Assembly: GCA_021613535.1 (NCBI GenBank)
Contig: CP075492.1
Location: forward strand, 17,050,001 to 17,114,000
DNA length: 64,000 nucleotides
From: Adineta vaga
Lineage: Eukaryota; Animalia; Rotifera
Direction of reading: 5' to 3'
Shown here: positions 24,703 to 38,968 of the stretch, in pieces
Layout of the letters: each line of letters starts with the position of its first letter
How positions within the stretch are numbered: position 1 is the stretch's first letter
Notes under the pieces: model-generated
The model's input: the letters and a program-made list of their open reading frames with translations, nothing else
Database searches by the model: none
Told to the model about the DNA's origin: nothing
Program-made: the position numbers and the translations under genes

Positions 24703-27327
24703 ATGGGAAATGGAGTAACACGTAAGAAAGAGAAAATTGTTATTGAAAAAAGCATACGTAATTTTAATCAACATTCTATTCATACACAGTATACACCCAC
24801 AAATAGTTTAAATGCAAATCCTGTATCGGTGGGTGTAGAAAAATTAATCGATATAATTTGGTTTGATTCACGAAGTGTTCCACAAGATGATATTATTGAT
24901 ACTCAAACTACGAAACAAATTCTCTCAACTGCTCTTCAAAATTCCGAATTAATATGTTTCTCTGATATAAACTCATGTTTTGAATTTTTACAACAACATC
25001 GAAATTCTATTGAAATTCTATTTCTTGTTATTTCGGGTCATGATTTTATGAATCTATTCAATGCTTTAGACGTCGATCTTTTACGTCGTATCGATTCTAT
25101 CTTTATCTTTTGTTTGGTTGAGAAGCTACATGAAAATAAACAAGAATATCATGAAAAAGTGGTTGGAACATTCAGTGAACACATGAAGCTTCTACAATCG
25201 ATACAAGAACAAGCGATTATGATAAGCCAACAAGATCTTATAATGAAATATTATAATTGTACACAAAAGACTGCTCGTATGGTGCCAAGTTATGCGACAG
25301 GTGAATTTGTTTGGACTCGTGTAATTAAAGAAGCTGCTCTACAGATTCAAAAACACGTCCGAATTGTGAAACAGATGTTTGATCGTTTTCGGATACTCTA
25401 TCGAGATAATACCAAAGAACTTGACAAGATTGATCAATTCGAAAAGGATTTTCAGGTATTGTGTCAAACTATCGAAAGAAATACTATTGAAAAAAGGTCT
25501 GGGTGAGAGTGATGGTGAGGAAGCGAAATGAAATAATTCTATCTTTCGAATTATTTTATTCCGAAATTTTGCTTTCTCAATATTTACTTTATTTGATAGA
25601 GATTTGATTTTCATCCAAAGGAAATTATTCAATGGTATACGAAAGATTCTTTTCTTTATCGTATTATCAATCAAAGTCTACGAACACAAAATACTTCAGA
25701 ACTTATTATATTTTCACCATATATCGCAAATTTATGTCGTGCTATACGATCCTTACAAACGAAAGTTTATAGCATAATGACATTTTTTCGTGGATGTACA
25801 TTAAGTCGAACAGCATTAGATGAGTTCAATGCAAATATTGGATCATTACTTTCAATCAATTCATTTTTCTCTGCTACTCGTCAACGAGATTTCGCAAAAG
25901 GATTTGCTAGTTGTCATGCTTTGAATGGTATCAATACACTTGTGTCGATTATATTCGAAATTGAAGTCAAAAATAATAAACTGTCATTTTTCGCTGATAT
26001 ATCTATGTTAAGTTCGATTAACGATGAAGAAGAAGTTCTTTTTGATTTAAATGCAATTTTCACGATAAACAATGTTACTTATTGTGATGATGATGAATGT
26101 TGGATTATTCATTTAATTGCTGATGAAGATACTTATGTAAAACACGAATGTCTTTATAGAGAATTATGTGAAATATATGATCTAAATGCATCACCATTTA
26201 TGACAATTGGATTTAGTTTAATAATGATGGGTAACACACGAGAAGCTTATCGTCATGCAATTTCACTACCTCTATCATATAATTCAATGTCTGGATCGTC
26301 TTCATTATTTATTTTAACTTGTTTTATTGAATGTGATTATTCTAAAGCATTAAAGTTATTAAAACGAATATATGAATTTTGTGAAACAAGCAATTCTTAT
26401 GAAGTACATCATTGTTGGACATATGCAGCTTGTTGGATTGCTCATATTTTAGTTAGTTTAGGAGAATTTAAGTTAGCAAGTCAATATATTCATTCAATTA
26501 TCAAATATTATAGAACAATCAAACAATCAATATATTCGTATGAAATACCGATGTCACTTGAATATCTTGAAGATCTTGGAAAAGCTTTAGAAATGAATAA
26601 CGAAATCGAAACAAGTAATATGATTTTAGTACATTTTAATATTGAAAAAATGCCATTAGTGTCAAGAGCTATGCTACTACCAGGAATCCATACACGTTTA
26701 GCCCGCTCTTATCTGAAAGAAAATCGTATAAAGGAAGCATTTGATCATTTACAAAAAGCTGAAATTGAAGGAGAATTGTTACTATCTCATCATGCTCTAT
26801 TAAGAATAGATATTTATCTTATTTACGCATGTATATTTCTTTATAAGAACGAATTCGATCAATGTTCTTTATATTTAAATCAAGCAGAAACAATTGCTCG
26901 TATGAATCTATCTCAATCTTGTCCAAGTATTCTTGGCTGTGTCTATTTGCTAAATGAATTAATTATGATTTTACAAGAAAATCCTGATTCAAAAAATTTC
27001 CTATCATTGGCTCGCACAGCTTTCTTGAGAACTGCGAACTATATCGATGTTCCAAAAGTGATATTCACTCTTGAAAATATATGTAAAATTCATAGAGAGT
27101 ATCGAAAGAATTTAAATTCATGTATTACAACTACCAAGTTGGTGCAGTTTGTCAAGGATGCTTTTGAAATTTGTCGCATTGAACAGATTCTAGAAGGGAA
27201 AAGTTCTGAAAATGTGTATCGTCCATTATTAAATTATATACAACACATCGATACTTTACCGATTGAAGATCTACAAATAGAGAAACAAAAACAATTTATG
27301 TATCCTCTTCGTCGAAAGCACATGTAA
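24703..27327 (+). CDS. ADP-ribosyltransferase (R-S-E type) with helical/TPR-like C-terminus, spliced
   Basis: FFRG..LLSINSFFSATR..DEEEVLF, a receiver-like N-terminus (FLVISG, IDSIFIFC) and an intron from ~25458. Confidence 0.82.
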
Positions 27328-27591
27328 TTATAATGTAAATATATATGAGATTTTAGCTTAATAAATTTTTAACGATGCGATGCACAGTCATCATTTTAAT
27401 CAAGAGTCAAGAATAAATGAAAGAGAAAGAGTATAGTAGGAGGGTGTGAGTCTCTTGGATGCATGATGATTGTATTTTACGAATTTATATTTTTATCATT
27501 AAAGAGATATCTAAAACGAAAAGACAATAATGAAAGCATTTTATTATTAATGAACACTACAGTCGCTATATTGATCGGTTTAAATGGTAAT

Positions 27592-27704
27592 TTGAGGGTG
27601 TGGGTGAGAGTGTAGATCTCTTGTTAACCCACACATCCACACTCACCCATCTTAATCGATTCAAAACGCTTAATGGTCGGTTGCACTCACGCTCACGCCC
27701 TCAA
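27592..27704. repeat. Junction inverted repeat with an additional C-arm
   Basis: ttgagggtgtgggtgagagtg-tagatctcttgtta-acccacacatccacactcacccatcttaa, then cactcacgctcacgccctcaa (27684-27704). A lone G-arm lies at 27440-27451. Confidence 0.88.
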
Positions 27705-27861
27705 CATAGGACTGTTTTATGAATTTTAATATCGATTGTATTTATTAGTTTATTTTATATACGCCATTTTTCAAAGAACAGACTAAAGCCAATTGAACAG
27801 TTGGATGCGATCATAGCTCCAATGAAGTTCCAATAAATATATTCCTCGTAAATCATGTAAC

Positions 27862-28815
27862 TCACAAGTTACTTTGATGCTTACAATAACAGTGACTGCT
27901 GCGGCGACACATACGAATCCAAGCGTAAATCCATCCCATAATCGTGAGAATAAACGAAATAACCATAAAAGCCGACAGGAATTGTGGTTTTTCGTTGAAC
28001 CAAGAGCAAGCATATACAAGTATCGCAAAAAATATAATTATCAACAACAAAAATCCATTAACTACAACCAATATTGCAAAGAAAATTACACCTCCTATTG
28101 AGTTTCTTGGAGGTAGTTGGTAACCACAGATCAATAGGTGAGGATAAATAATGTCAAAAATAACTCCAATGACAGCGATAACCAATGAGAATGTGAAGAT
28201 CGCCGAATAGGATGCTGTTACACTAACGTAATGTGAAACACTTTCTAAACATATTGTATCGTAATCGAACGCCGAAATAATAAAACATGGTATTGGAATG
28301 ATAAGAAAACAAAGCCATGTTTTAAAGTTTTTCCACAATTTTGAAGGATAATAGCAATATCAACATTTCAAATTCTCCGGTTTCTTTGAATCATCATCAT
28401 CTTTCGAGAAGTCTTTGTAAGATTCATAAATCGCGACAGTTGATGTTTCAAGTAAAAATATCCAGAAGCAAACATGAATTAATTTATTTGCCGATGACGA
28501 ACTGATGTAGTACCGATATACATGATATACTGTTTCGTTATCGAAATACGAGCTTGGTGTTTTGAACGCATTAACGAATGAAAATACCGTAGGTGGTTGT
28601 GAATGAGAACAGTTCTCACTTGAATATCCGTCTTTTACGATATAGAAATAGGTGGAATTTACTTTTCTTTGAATAATATATGTATCACGAACAACATACT
28701 GCGAATATTCATATATGGAATAACAGCATTCCACTAAGGGCCATAAAATGTTAATTAATAGGAAAATTTTTTGAATCATATCACCAAAGCTAATGCAACA
28801 AAACTTTCTCTTCAT
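27862..28815 (-). pseudogene. Multi-TM protein split by one in-frame stop
   Basis: ORFs 28360-28815 and 27862-28338 are in the same frame (..ENLKC*YCYYPSKLWKNF..). Confidence 0.6.
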
Positions 28816-29871
28816 TATGTTAGATTTACAATACTGTGCATATGGTCAGATCTAGTCGATATTGGTGTCAAAAACAAGAAAAGGAAATATGTATATCCAA
28901 CCTATTCATTCGGCGAATAGTGAATACTACACATAAAAGCCATTTCTCGTATTTGATCATATTACTCATAACCATAAAATGTAAAAACACACTTTTGTTT
29001 TATTGCTTTTTTTATTTCTTATCGTTATTGATTACTCTGAAATGTTTCAATGAAGTAATATCAATAAATCACATTTTCCACAGAATTTTTTTCTTTTACC
29101 ATGAAGAATACGAAGTCATACATATTAGCAACTTCCGTATTCAGTGAGCAGAAATATAGTTGAGTATAGACAACACAGTAGAAGAAATGTACCAGTGTAG
29201 AATACTTGATCAAAAAGCTATTTCGTTATGCTTAAAACTTTCATATTATTTTCATTTATTATATAGAACACTTCGACGATCATAGACATGTTATTTACCA
29301 TTTTTGTTCTTCTATCATCGGTTATCGTCGTTCAACTGATTCCCATCCTAAATCCGATTAGATTACCTGATGACGTGCCTAATCATCATGTGCAATTATC
29401 AAATAGCAATGACAGAGCATCGCAGATTTTGTTGAGGAAGAAAAATACCACTAAACAATCATTAACAAGAAGCTACTATGATAATAGTAAGTTTGCTTTT
29501 TTTAGTTAAAATTTCAGAAACGAATCGCTTTGTATCTCTTGTATTGATAGACACAGCTGTCATGAATTCTGATATTGGCAGTTCACCTCCAAAATTCGCA
29601 GTGGAAGTCCTTGTACCCCTATCTTGTTGTGTTTGTTTGGGTCGTCTTGCATCAATATTTCGACTAAGATATGAAACATAATAAATCATTAATAGAAATT
29701 TTATCAGATGATTCAGTGCACTACAATAAGACATAGGTGGCCTCCAATTACTAGTTTTTCCAAAAAAAAAGATATATATATAGATATCAGAGACTGACGG
29801 TACGCGATATTGATACTGCACCGTATCGTACTGGTACGGTATGGTATGAATTGCTTGAGGCCAATACCATC

Positions 29872-29934
29872 TTGAGGGTGAGAGTGGGTGGATGCGTGTG
29901 GATGTGAAAGAAGGAGTGATACATCCACACCCTC
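29872..29934. repeat. Junction inverted repeat
   Basis: (ccatc)ttgagggtgagagtgggtggatgcgtgtggatgtg-aaagaaggagtgat-acatccacaccctc. Confidence 0.85.
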
Positions 29935-30548
29935 TGGTTTTCCTAAGTAATCATTTGGTAGAGGAGTGTTATCGTGAGACGAACTGATTTCTGTGAATCG
30001 CAATAGAGTTGCTTGACTCTTTAGCAGGACGAATGGCAACTGAATGCGTACGGTACATCTCTTAGTTTTTTTTCTTTTACATGTGCCTTGCTCTTGTTTA
30101 CCTGAAACATTTTTTCCAACTTAATTAATGTATACCGGAGAAAGTCTTACGATGAGTGTTGACGTCATGTGTGTGTGTGTGTGTGTAAGAAGAGTAAAAT
30201 AATACAAATTCAATCTCAGGAATTCTCAAGACAGTATTAGTTTTCAAATCATCGGTTATATTTGAACAAAAGAAGATCAATAATTACCAATCTTATGTGT
30301 ATTAGTTTGAAAGCATCACATTTGTTACGTTTCTTTTATTTGTTTCTCACTATTGACGCAGCTATTTCATTATTATTACTATTATGTTGCTTTTCCCAAT
30401 TTGCTCCTTTTCCTTTTTTATGCTTCGTTTGTTATGTAAAGCTCTAATGGTTGTGCTGTCAGTTTTTCATATGAAAAATGAAACGCATTCCTAAAAGTTA
30501 TTCTGTGCTGATTCTTCTCATCCACTGCTAAAAAGCAACTATCGAGAT

Positions 30549-31030
30549 CAGAGATCTGTAAATCGCCGAATTACACCGCCTCGCCTCCATATGATGCAGT
30601 TTTTTGATCAAGTGATAATCCTTTAAAGTTTTGGTATGGACATAGATCGACATATCTTGTTTTTAATCAAAATTAGCACGCTCGATTTTGTCAATTCCAG
30701 CAAGTACAGTTATTGTCGAACGTCAGTTTAGTGCTGGTGGTTTAATGGTGAATTCAAGACGTACTCGATTAAATCCACAACAAGTAAATAATGCTTTGTT
30801 TATTCGTTCGGTAAAGAAAAATACTTGATACAGTTTATTTTTTTATTTTGTTTTTTGATATTCACTGATACGTATTGAACTTTACTTATTTGATGTTATG
30901 AAATAAAACAAATAGTAATTATTAACGTAACGATTGAAAAGCTATATGTGAAAATATAACTTTTCATATTATAACTCTGACGAGGTAAGGCGGTGACGGG
31001 TTGAATTTTTGACTAACTCGTGGATCTCTG
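30549..31030 (+). mobile_element. Non-autonomous hAT element carrying a transposase C-terminal fragment
   Basis: TIRs CAGAGATC/GATCTCTG, 8-bp TSD atcgagat/attgagat, and internal LARSILSIPASTVIVERQFSAGGLMVNSRRTRL. Confidence 0.85.
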
Positions 31031-31730
31031 ATTGAGATACAAGCAAGATGAACTGTTTTCAATACTTGAATTTTCTCACACTCAATAAATGCATATTTTT
31101 CTGTAAATTTTCTCATGTTAACTTCAAATATAACTTAAGTATATTAGTAGTTTTTTTCTTTCCTTTTTTTTGTAATAATCATATTGCCTGTGACAAACTA
31201 CAGCATTTTTCAACAATTATTTCTTCAGTCAAACCATATTCTGATGTCATTGATAATAGCTTGAGAAAATAAGTATAAAATAAGAATAAGAGTATTTGAT
31301 CATTTCAAACGCACACGCTGCTGATAGATTTTTCCTCTACATTTTCAAAATATCTTCTCTGTAGTAGTTGTCGCAATAACATTTAACTAATGGAGAGAGT
31401 AAAAAATGTAATATTCCAATTACATTTATTTTGTTAGTTCAATTCGCGAAGTTACGTATTTTTCCTACAGTTTCTCGTAAGTAAGACTGTCAAATTGAAT
31501 ATTTTTTTCAATTTTTTAAAGAGAAATTTTGATGTACTCATAGCAACGAGTTTGTTGAAGATGCTGCTAATTGGCAGCCGACTTATACACGATAAAACTC
31601 ACATACGTAAAGAATAAAAAGATCTAGTTAAATTTCTTTTCTCCTTTTCATTCATAACAAGGAATTTTCAGAAAATATTCTTGTATATGTTAACTTATCG
31701 TTGCACCGTTATTTATTTCAGAAAGAAACA

Positions 31731-34700
31731 ATGGAAATTGTTCGACATCTTCGACAGTGGTTCAGCAATTTGAACTTCTTTTTCGACTTGAAAAAAGCTG
31801 AATTAACAGCTGAACAATTATTACGTCATCAACTACTCATTACACGTCTTTATTTAATCCTTTTGAGCGCAACATTGATCAGTCTGATTCTTTTCATGAG
31901 TTTAATCCTCAAAACAAATACGGAAACAGTGGTTAGACCTACACAAATTATGTTCGAACAACTACAAACTACCTACCGAGATACACTTTCATGTCCTTGT
32001 GAGCGAATTGCAGTGCCATATTCTAACTTTCTATCCATCAATCCAACGTATCATCAGGTAAGAATATATTTAAGATATGCATTCATTTCTTATTATTGCG
32101 ATAGATTTGTTCAAGTGATTTTATTTCATTTGAATGGATTCGATCATTGTTCAATGCGGAAACACCTCAAATGACTCCATTAGATTTTCGTCTCACAGCA
32201 GCAGCTCAGTTTCGATTATTAGGCACGATGTGTTCTTTGATGGAAGCCACTATGGAAGGTCTTAAAGAAGTCTTTTTAACAAAAGAAATTGTCACGAAAA
32301 ATACTCTTTCGTTCGTGTCTCTAAACAAAGAAGCTGATGCACTCATTGACAAGTTTCAAGTGTTTAGAGACATGTCACTCGTACCTGACGCAGCCTCTCA
32401 AGTGACAATAAAATTCATTCTTACCAGTCGACATCATCCGGCTTTGAACTTCAACTCATATCAACAGATGGCTCCTAGTTCGACTCTTTATCAACAGCAG
32501 GATACATGTTACCCAATTCGCGACGACATAGTCGATAATGCAGTAAATATGAGGACGAATATTGCATAGTTATATTTTTCACCAATTAATGTCTATATCT
32601 TTAGGATTTGTACAGTGACTTCGAATTCTGCAATCCTTTTTCTACTATGACATACAAGGCAGGAATCTACAATTGGAGTGCCGAAGACAAAGATGCGTCG
32701 TCACGTACCGTTCCAATTCCGCCAGCTGTGTACATCGTGCCTGGTATGCATGTTGGATGTACACCATACTATGCTCTCATCCCTTCTACTCTCCAATGTT
32801 TCTTTGATTCGATGTGCATCAACACCACAACACAATGGATCTCGGATCTGCTAGTATCTCAATGGCCAAAACCATTAAATAGATCATTGTTATCGAAATA
32901 CTTAGTTAATAGTACGATCGAAACCATTTATAATGAAATGATGACTGATAACTGGGAAATCAGGAAGAATTTCTCAGGATATTATGCCACTTGTGCTCCT
33001 ATAGAATGCACTTATACTTATGTGACACGTTCGAATTATCTTTACGTGTTGATTACACTCATCGGTTTGTTTGGTGGTCTGACAGTTGTGCTTCGTATTG
33101 TTTCACCATTAATTATAACACAATGCCATCGCATTCACAAACTATATACAGATATAAGACAATGGCTGAATCATTCGAAACATATGCATCAAAGTAATGA
33201 TGCAAGACATTCGTCGTTACCATATTTTCCATTTCTATTTTAGAAAAAACAACTGATTTCGGCTTAGACTCCTCATCAATTCCAAAAGCGAAGATCGAAA
33301 CACCGAGTATATTCGCCGGTACATAACTTCATCATTGCATATTGTCTCCTGATTTTTTCATGCAGGTTGCCATGCTCGGATTAACGGCTTGATTACTTAT
33401 TTCAAAACTCAATTGTTATCGATAAATCTCTTTGAAGTATGTAGATATTATTTTGTTTATACTATTTATCTATTCTCTTGCATTTTTCTAACGTTCAATA
33501 TCAACATGAATCTAATTATATATGATCTATACTAGGATACACTGACAAATCCACTTCATGGTATCCGTGCTACACGTGTTTATGTCATTCTACTTTTGAT
33601 AAATATCGCTATACTGATTTTCTATACATCACTCGCAGAGTACACGCAATCTATCATAGTGTCGAATCCAACGCTTGATGTTTTTGAAAAACTACAGGAA
33701 ACTCATTCTGAAACTCTGGTGTGTCGTTGTTCGAATGTAGCAATTCCACATAATAAAATAATTACGATCTCCACTCCCACTTTCCATCAGGTAAGTGACA
33801 CATACCACTGGAAAATACAATATTGACACTTTATAATATGTGAGAGAAATTTAACACTAAAATTAATTCATTTTCTTATGTAGATTTGTTCAAGTAGTTT
33901 TGTACCTTATGTCAATGGTGATGCTTGGATATCGAACTTCTTTATAGTGCATTTTGACGATTGGTCGTACTACCAGCCACTTTTAGAAAATGATTTTCGT
34001 GCTGCTGGACTCAGACTATTCTTCATGATCGGGCTTGCCTGCCTTTTTCCCAATATATATGTCCCTAGAAGTACTGCTGCATTTATTACGGATGCATTTC
34101 TCAGTTCTTTAGTTCTTACACGTAAGTAGAAGCCTTATATTCTATATTTACATTGTTCTTCTAAGATTGCAAGTTTTGTCACACGCCTTGAATATAGATC
34201 GATAATCTTTGCATACGTAAATCTATGTCATGTCTATTAGGTGTCGAATTTCAATTGCGTATATCAAGTCTTGTTAACGAATTTCAAGTTCGAACAAAAC
34301 GCGGTGGTTTTATGATAATTTCACTTGGAAGTATGACGATGATGCTCAGTGGAACAGAGAGTGAAATTCGTTATCAATCATTTCAAGTCAATAATAATTG
34401 GTTACTTCGACGTTATTCACCAGCACCAGCTGCATTTAATGAATGTGCATGTAGTGTAGCATATGATTGTCCAGATCCTGTCTGGTCTAGTGGTCAATTT
34501 ATATGTAATTATGGCAACAATTGCACTGCTGGAACTGTTATTTGGAGTATACCAGGTCTAGTCAAGTCGTGCACATTCTTCGAAACTATGTTATCAAGTG
34601 ATCTTCGTTGTTTTTTCAATCAAACGTGCGTTAACATCACTCTATCCATGTACAATGTTGACATGCCAATGCGAAAACCCTTGCCCGCAAACACTCTTGC

Positions 34701-36447
34701 CATGAAAGCTTTAGATAGCTCTATTCGATCACCATTTTTACCTAACGATAAGATGCGCACACTTTTAGAGGAAATGATGATCATAGATTGGAATTTTAGT
34801 GTCAATTATAGTGGCTATTATACCGCTTGTGCACCTGCTAATTGTGTGTACAGATTGACAGAGCGATTCAATATCATATATGTAATTACAACTATACTTG
34901 GTCTATTTGGTGGTCTTAATATTAGTCTCAAAATACTTATTCTCGTTGTAGTTCGATTGATTATCTGGACAAAAAAGATTCGTGGTGAACAACAAGTTAT
35001 GGAACATCGAGGTAACATCCATGAGTGTTTTTTGCTTTTACAATTGACACATTATCGATCATTTCAGATATTTTGTTTCGACTCCGTCCAATATGGTCTG
35101 TTGTCAAACAAGAATGGAATACATTGAATCTTTTCAAAAAAGAAAGTCTTCATAGTGGAATGATCAACAATCCGCGACGATCGATCCTTATTTCAAGTCG
35201 AATTTATGTTCTAATACTTATTTTTACCATCATAGCTCTCGCACTCTATAATGGTTTGACAACAACAACAGTTTCTCTTACGTTGCAATCACCTACTCTA
35301 GAAATATTTGAACAGATACATGCGAAATATGCCTCTACCTTTTCGTGTTCATGTCAACATGTTTCTGTACCATATGGTATATTTATTTCAGTCGCACCTA
35401 CTTATCATCAGGTATGATTTGTGCGTGTAGTTATCAAAATTTTTTGTAATTCATATATTTCAGATTTGTTCGAGTGATTTTATCGAGGAGAAATGGACGA
35501 CTACATTATATGGATATGGACCTCAAGCAAATAGCTATTCACAACTAGATCGACCTTTGCTCAGTAAACAGCATCAAATATTGAAAAAGTTATGTTCAGA
35601 AGCCAAATTGATTGTAGCTGATGCTATATTTGATTTTTACAAGTCATTACTGATCACAGCATCAGCTTTATCGCGTGCTTCTTTTCAAATGCAAATATCT
35701 GCGATCATCCAAAATTTCATTGCACAAACACCAATTACTTTTCGACGTCTGTTGGCATTTATAACTGAAATGGTAGCAAGTCTCTTAATACCCACAGCCT
35801 TCAATAATGATTGGTTGCCAGAATATGGCAATTCATCGAATAGTTATACGATTCGAAATAAGCCGCGTACATTCAGCAATAGTACATGCAACTGTGTCAT
35901 TTCACGTACTTGTCAAGAACCACTACGTATTGGTCCACCTGATCTTGTAATACCTGGTCTTGTTGTTGGTTGTTATCCTATTGATGGATTACGAATGTCA
36001 ACACTCGAATGCTTTTATTCATCAACGTGTATTTCTTCGATCATCAATTTCTTCGATTATTATACAGAAATAAATGGATCATTACCAGTGAATTTTGTTC
36101 CTCCTTCGATACCTGTGATTAACGTAAATCCTCTCAGTAGTTCAATTCCATCACGTTTCTCAATTACCAATCCGATCACATATCTCATTGATGATCTATT
36201 TATTGAATATTGGTCAAAAACAAGTGTGTACGAAAATTACTATGCTGCATGTGCACCAAGTTTATGTCAGTATCAGTATGTGAGACGTAACGATTTAGTA
36301 TATGTAATAACGTCAATTTTGTCTTTATATGGTGGAGTAACTATTGGATTGCGATTCATTATTTGGAAAACATTATATATCTATAAAAAGTTCAAAGCAA
36401 ACCATGTCACTGTACAACCATTCGTTATAAATATGAACACAGCATAG
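31731..36447 (+). CDS. Multi-exon membrane protein of three tandem ~430-aa units (TM - Cys-rich ectodomain - TM)
   Basis: Each unit has TRxY-TM, CxC, PTYHQ|ICSS, PG..GC..L.S.L.CF, YY..CAP..C.Y and GLFGG-TM. The intron in HQ|IC is conserved across units. Confidence 0.8.
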
Positions 36448-36455
36448 ACTAACTC

Positions 36456-36530
36456 GGGTGGGGGTGAGTGTGTGTCAGGCTATATTCTTAACCCACATCC
36501 ACCCCACACACACCGACACCCACACCCTTA
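36456..36530. repeat. Junction inverted repeat 8 bp after a stop codon
   Basis: gggtgggggtgagtgtgtg-tcaggctatattctta-acccacatccaccccacacacaccgacacccacaccctta. Confidence 0.82.
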
Positions 36531-36894
36531 CGTTTGCAGTTTGTGAGCAAACCAAATCTCTTCTCATATCCATATTTGTGGACTAGTTATGCATATATGA
36601 ATTTTGTCTCTATTTCTAATTATTATTCCTATAAAATTTTAAGCGATACAACTTTTGAATCTTATGCTTTTCTCTCTGATAACACCCTCAAGAATTTTGA
36701 TAAGAATGCTGACTTTCTTTTGTTTTCTTTTTCATCTTATAGATATTAAACAGTGTCGAACAATGTTACTATTGACTGTATTAACAAACATGTAGACCTA
36801 GGAAACTATATTCAATATAATCAAAACAATAAATTCAATTTAAGTAAGGAAATAAAAACATTCATATTAGTTGCAGTTATGATAGTTCCATTGC

Positions 36895-36946
36895 TGATGG
36901 TGTCGGTGTGGACATCTGTATCAGAAGATGATACCCTCACCCTCAC
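36895..36946. repeat. Junction inverted repeat (degenerate)
   Basis: tgatggtgtcggtgtgga-catctgtatcagaagatgat-accctcaccctcac. Confidence 0.6.
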
Positions 36947-37622
36947 GTTAATCGATTTCTTATGATAAATCATTACTGAAAATTGGATTAATCATATTAG
37001 TTCTAATTCAATATTTATTCTATTCTTTCTTACATGTAATTCATTTTGCAGTCGATATCAAACGAAACTATTTTGAAAAACTTATTTTTAATCAATTAAA
37101 TTATGTTGAAATACATATATATGTAAAGAAGAATTTTCTTCTGTTCGTCGTGCATTCAGTTTCTGTGATGGGCGGCATCACCAAAGTTTCCATGGCACTT
37201 CTCTAGCAGTGATGCACCAATTGCGATTCCGAACAGTCCTAGCTAATATCACACGAATTGCCATTAACGACAAACATTTCGAATTAGTTTCCTATCAGAT
37301 CTCACGATGTCGGTAGATATTGTTAACTATCTCAGTCAGTTCCAACCAATTCTAGAATTCGAATCGAATCGGATCCGGATTGTTGCACCCATATTCTCTA
37401 GATCCAGAGAAAGGTCGTGAGGAGATTAGCGCAACTGAGGGGCGAGAAAGAAGTGTGCTCGTGAATAGCGGAAGAACACAACATACTTTCACTCTCATCC
37501 TCCTTTGCAGAACATTAAATTAAAATAACAATTTTTCGTACGCTTTTGTTTGGATGAAAAAGGGAAGACATAGTGAATTAAAAACAGAAAAAGGACGAGG
37601 ATAGAACCAATGCAAGAGAAAA

Positions 37623-37668
37623 AAGGGCGGGTGTGGGTGAAAAAGATATACACACACCCACACCCTCA
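37623..37668. repeat. Junction inverted repeat
   Basis: aagggcgggtgtgggtg-aaaaagatata-cacacacccacaccctca. Confidence 0.85.
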
Positions 37669-38925
37669 TCATGTATGAACAACAGAACGTTAAAATGAGT
37701 TACATTTATTATTCTGAATGTTTCTTTTACCTTTTATATGGATATAAACTGCATACTAAATTATTCAATATTATGTTAAAGAAACAATGGATTAAGTCTG
37801 ATTATTTTCGGAATATAGTTTATAATTAATATTATCGAATAATGAACAATATATTAATCCTGTTCATATCAATTCTAACAAATAAGAACAGTAAAAAGTC
37901 ACTCTGTTTTAAATACAACCAGTTTTCTTTGAAAGTCTGTTGAAGTATTCCAACTTATTTAACAGTTATATTCTCAAATCATTCCCACATATACGCAATG
38001 CTTTTTGACATTTCATAGATTTTTATCCTCAAAAGGGATGGAATTCGATCAAACCTATATGATAGAATGTATATACTACTAGAGTACTTTCATTCTATGT
38101 TATTTCCAGAGTGTGGAAAAATCGATGATTTTCGACCACCTCCTTTCAATCGATGGCTACTAGTACTATAAATGTTTTGCCGATGAAAGTTGAAGATGTT
38201 TCTTGTTGTAGTAAAAGTTATTTAATGACGTTTTCTTTTATAGATTGCATCGTATTCAATGTTTAGATGTTTTGATACTGGTATTCTTGCGATTGTAGTG
38301 AGACAGATTTCGTTGGTGGATTTAAATGGTGATTTCGGTAAGTCAAGAGGTTCTATGCGATTCTTCCTTCTATTTCGTAAGACAGTTAACTGTGTATGTT
38401 TCTGTGATGAAAAATTTGAGATGTCGAATTGATATTAGATGAGGGTGTTCTATTACGTTGAATTATCCTGCCACTGCGTGGTGGCGGAGGTTTTAAAAAA
38501 CTGCTATTGGTATTTGTTGAAGAAATTGATGAAACGGAAAAACGAGGTGGACGAGCGGGTTGGCTATGAGACTACAATATCTTGGTCGCTAGGAGAAAGA
38601 TCCATGCTGTTGTCGTCTATTTCTGACTCGACATCATATTCACATTCGATATTATTAATGCTTGCGCCAGTTTCGAAAGATGCTTCTACGTCTTAAATGA
38701 AATGTTATATTTTCCAAGTTTTTTACCAAAGTCATTCAATGCCTTTGCATCCCAGTTTGGATCAATGCAGACTTTGATGAAATATGTTGTTCCTTGATGA
38801 GCACCATCGAGCTTTTCTTTTCATAGTTTCCCTATATATAATGAAGAATTAATTTGTTTTTTGATTAAATCAATTTGAGAAATTTATGTTAGTTCGTTAT
38901 TCTTGTTCCTCGCTATCCCAAGTCG

Positions 38926-38968
38926 TTGGGTGTGGATCAATATAGCTCTTCTTCACCCACACGCTCAA
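38926..38968. repeat. Junction inverted repeat overlapping a GPCR stop codon
   Basis: ttgggtgtgga-tcaatatagctcttctt-cacccacacgctcaa(gatg). Confidence 0.8.

Noticed and set aside
24790-24840. cacccac ... gtgggtg inside the ART coding exon
   Set aside because: Short, in reversed polarity (C-arm first), lacking TGAGGG and within an open frame; probably chance.
30167-30186. (TG)n microsatellite, also (CA)/(CT) at ~53374-53410
   Set aside because: Simple dinucleotide repeats, unrelated to the hexamer arms.
37700-38820. Possible decayed minus-strand gene between two sites
   Set aside because: No recognisable motif and the frames are broken.
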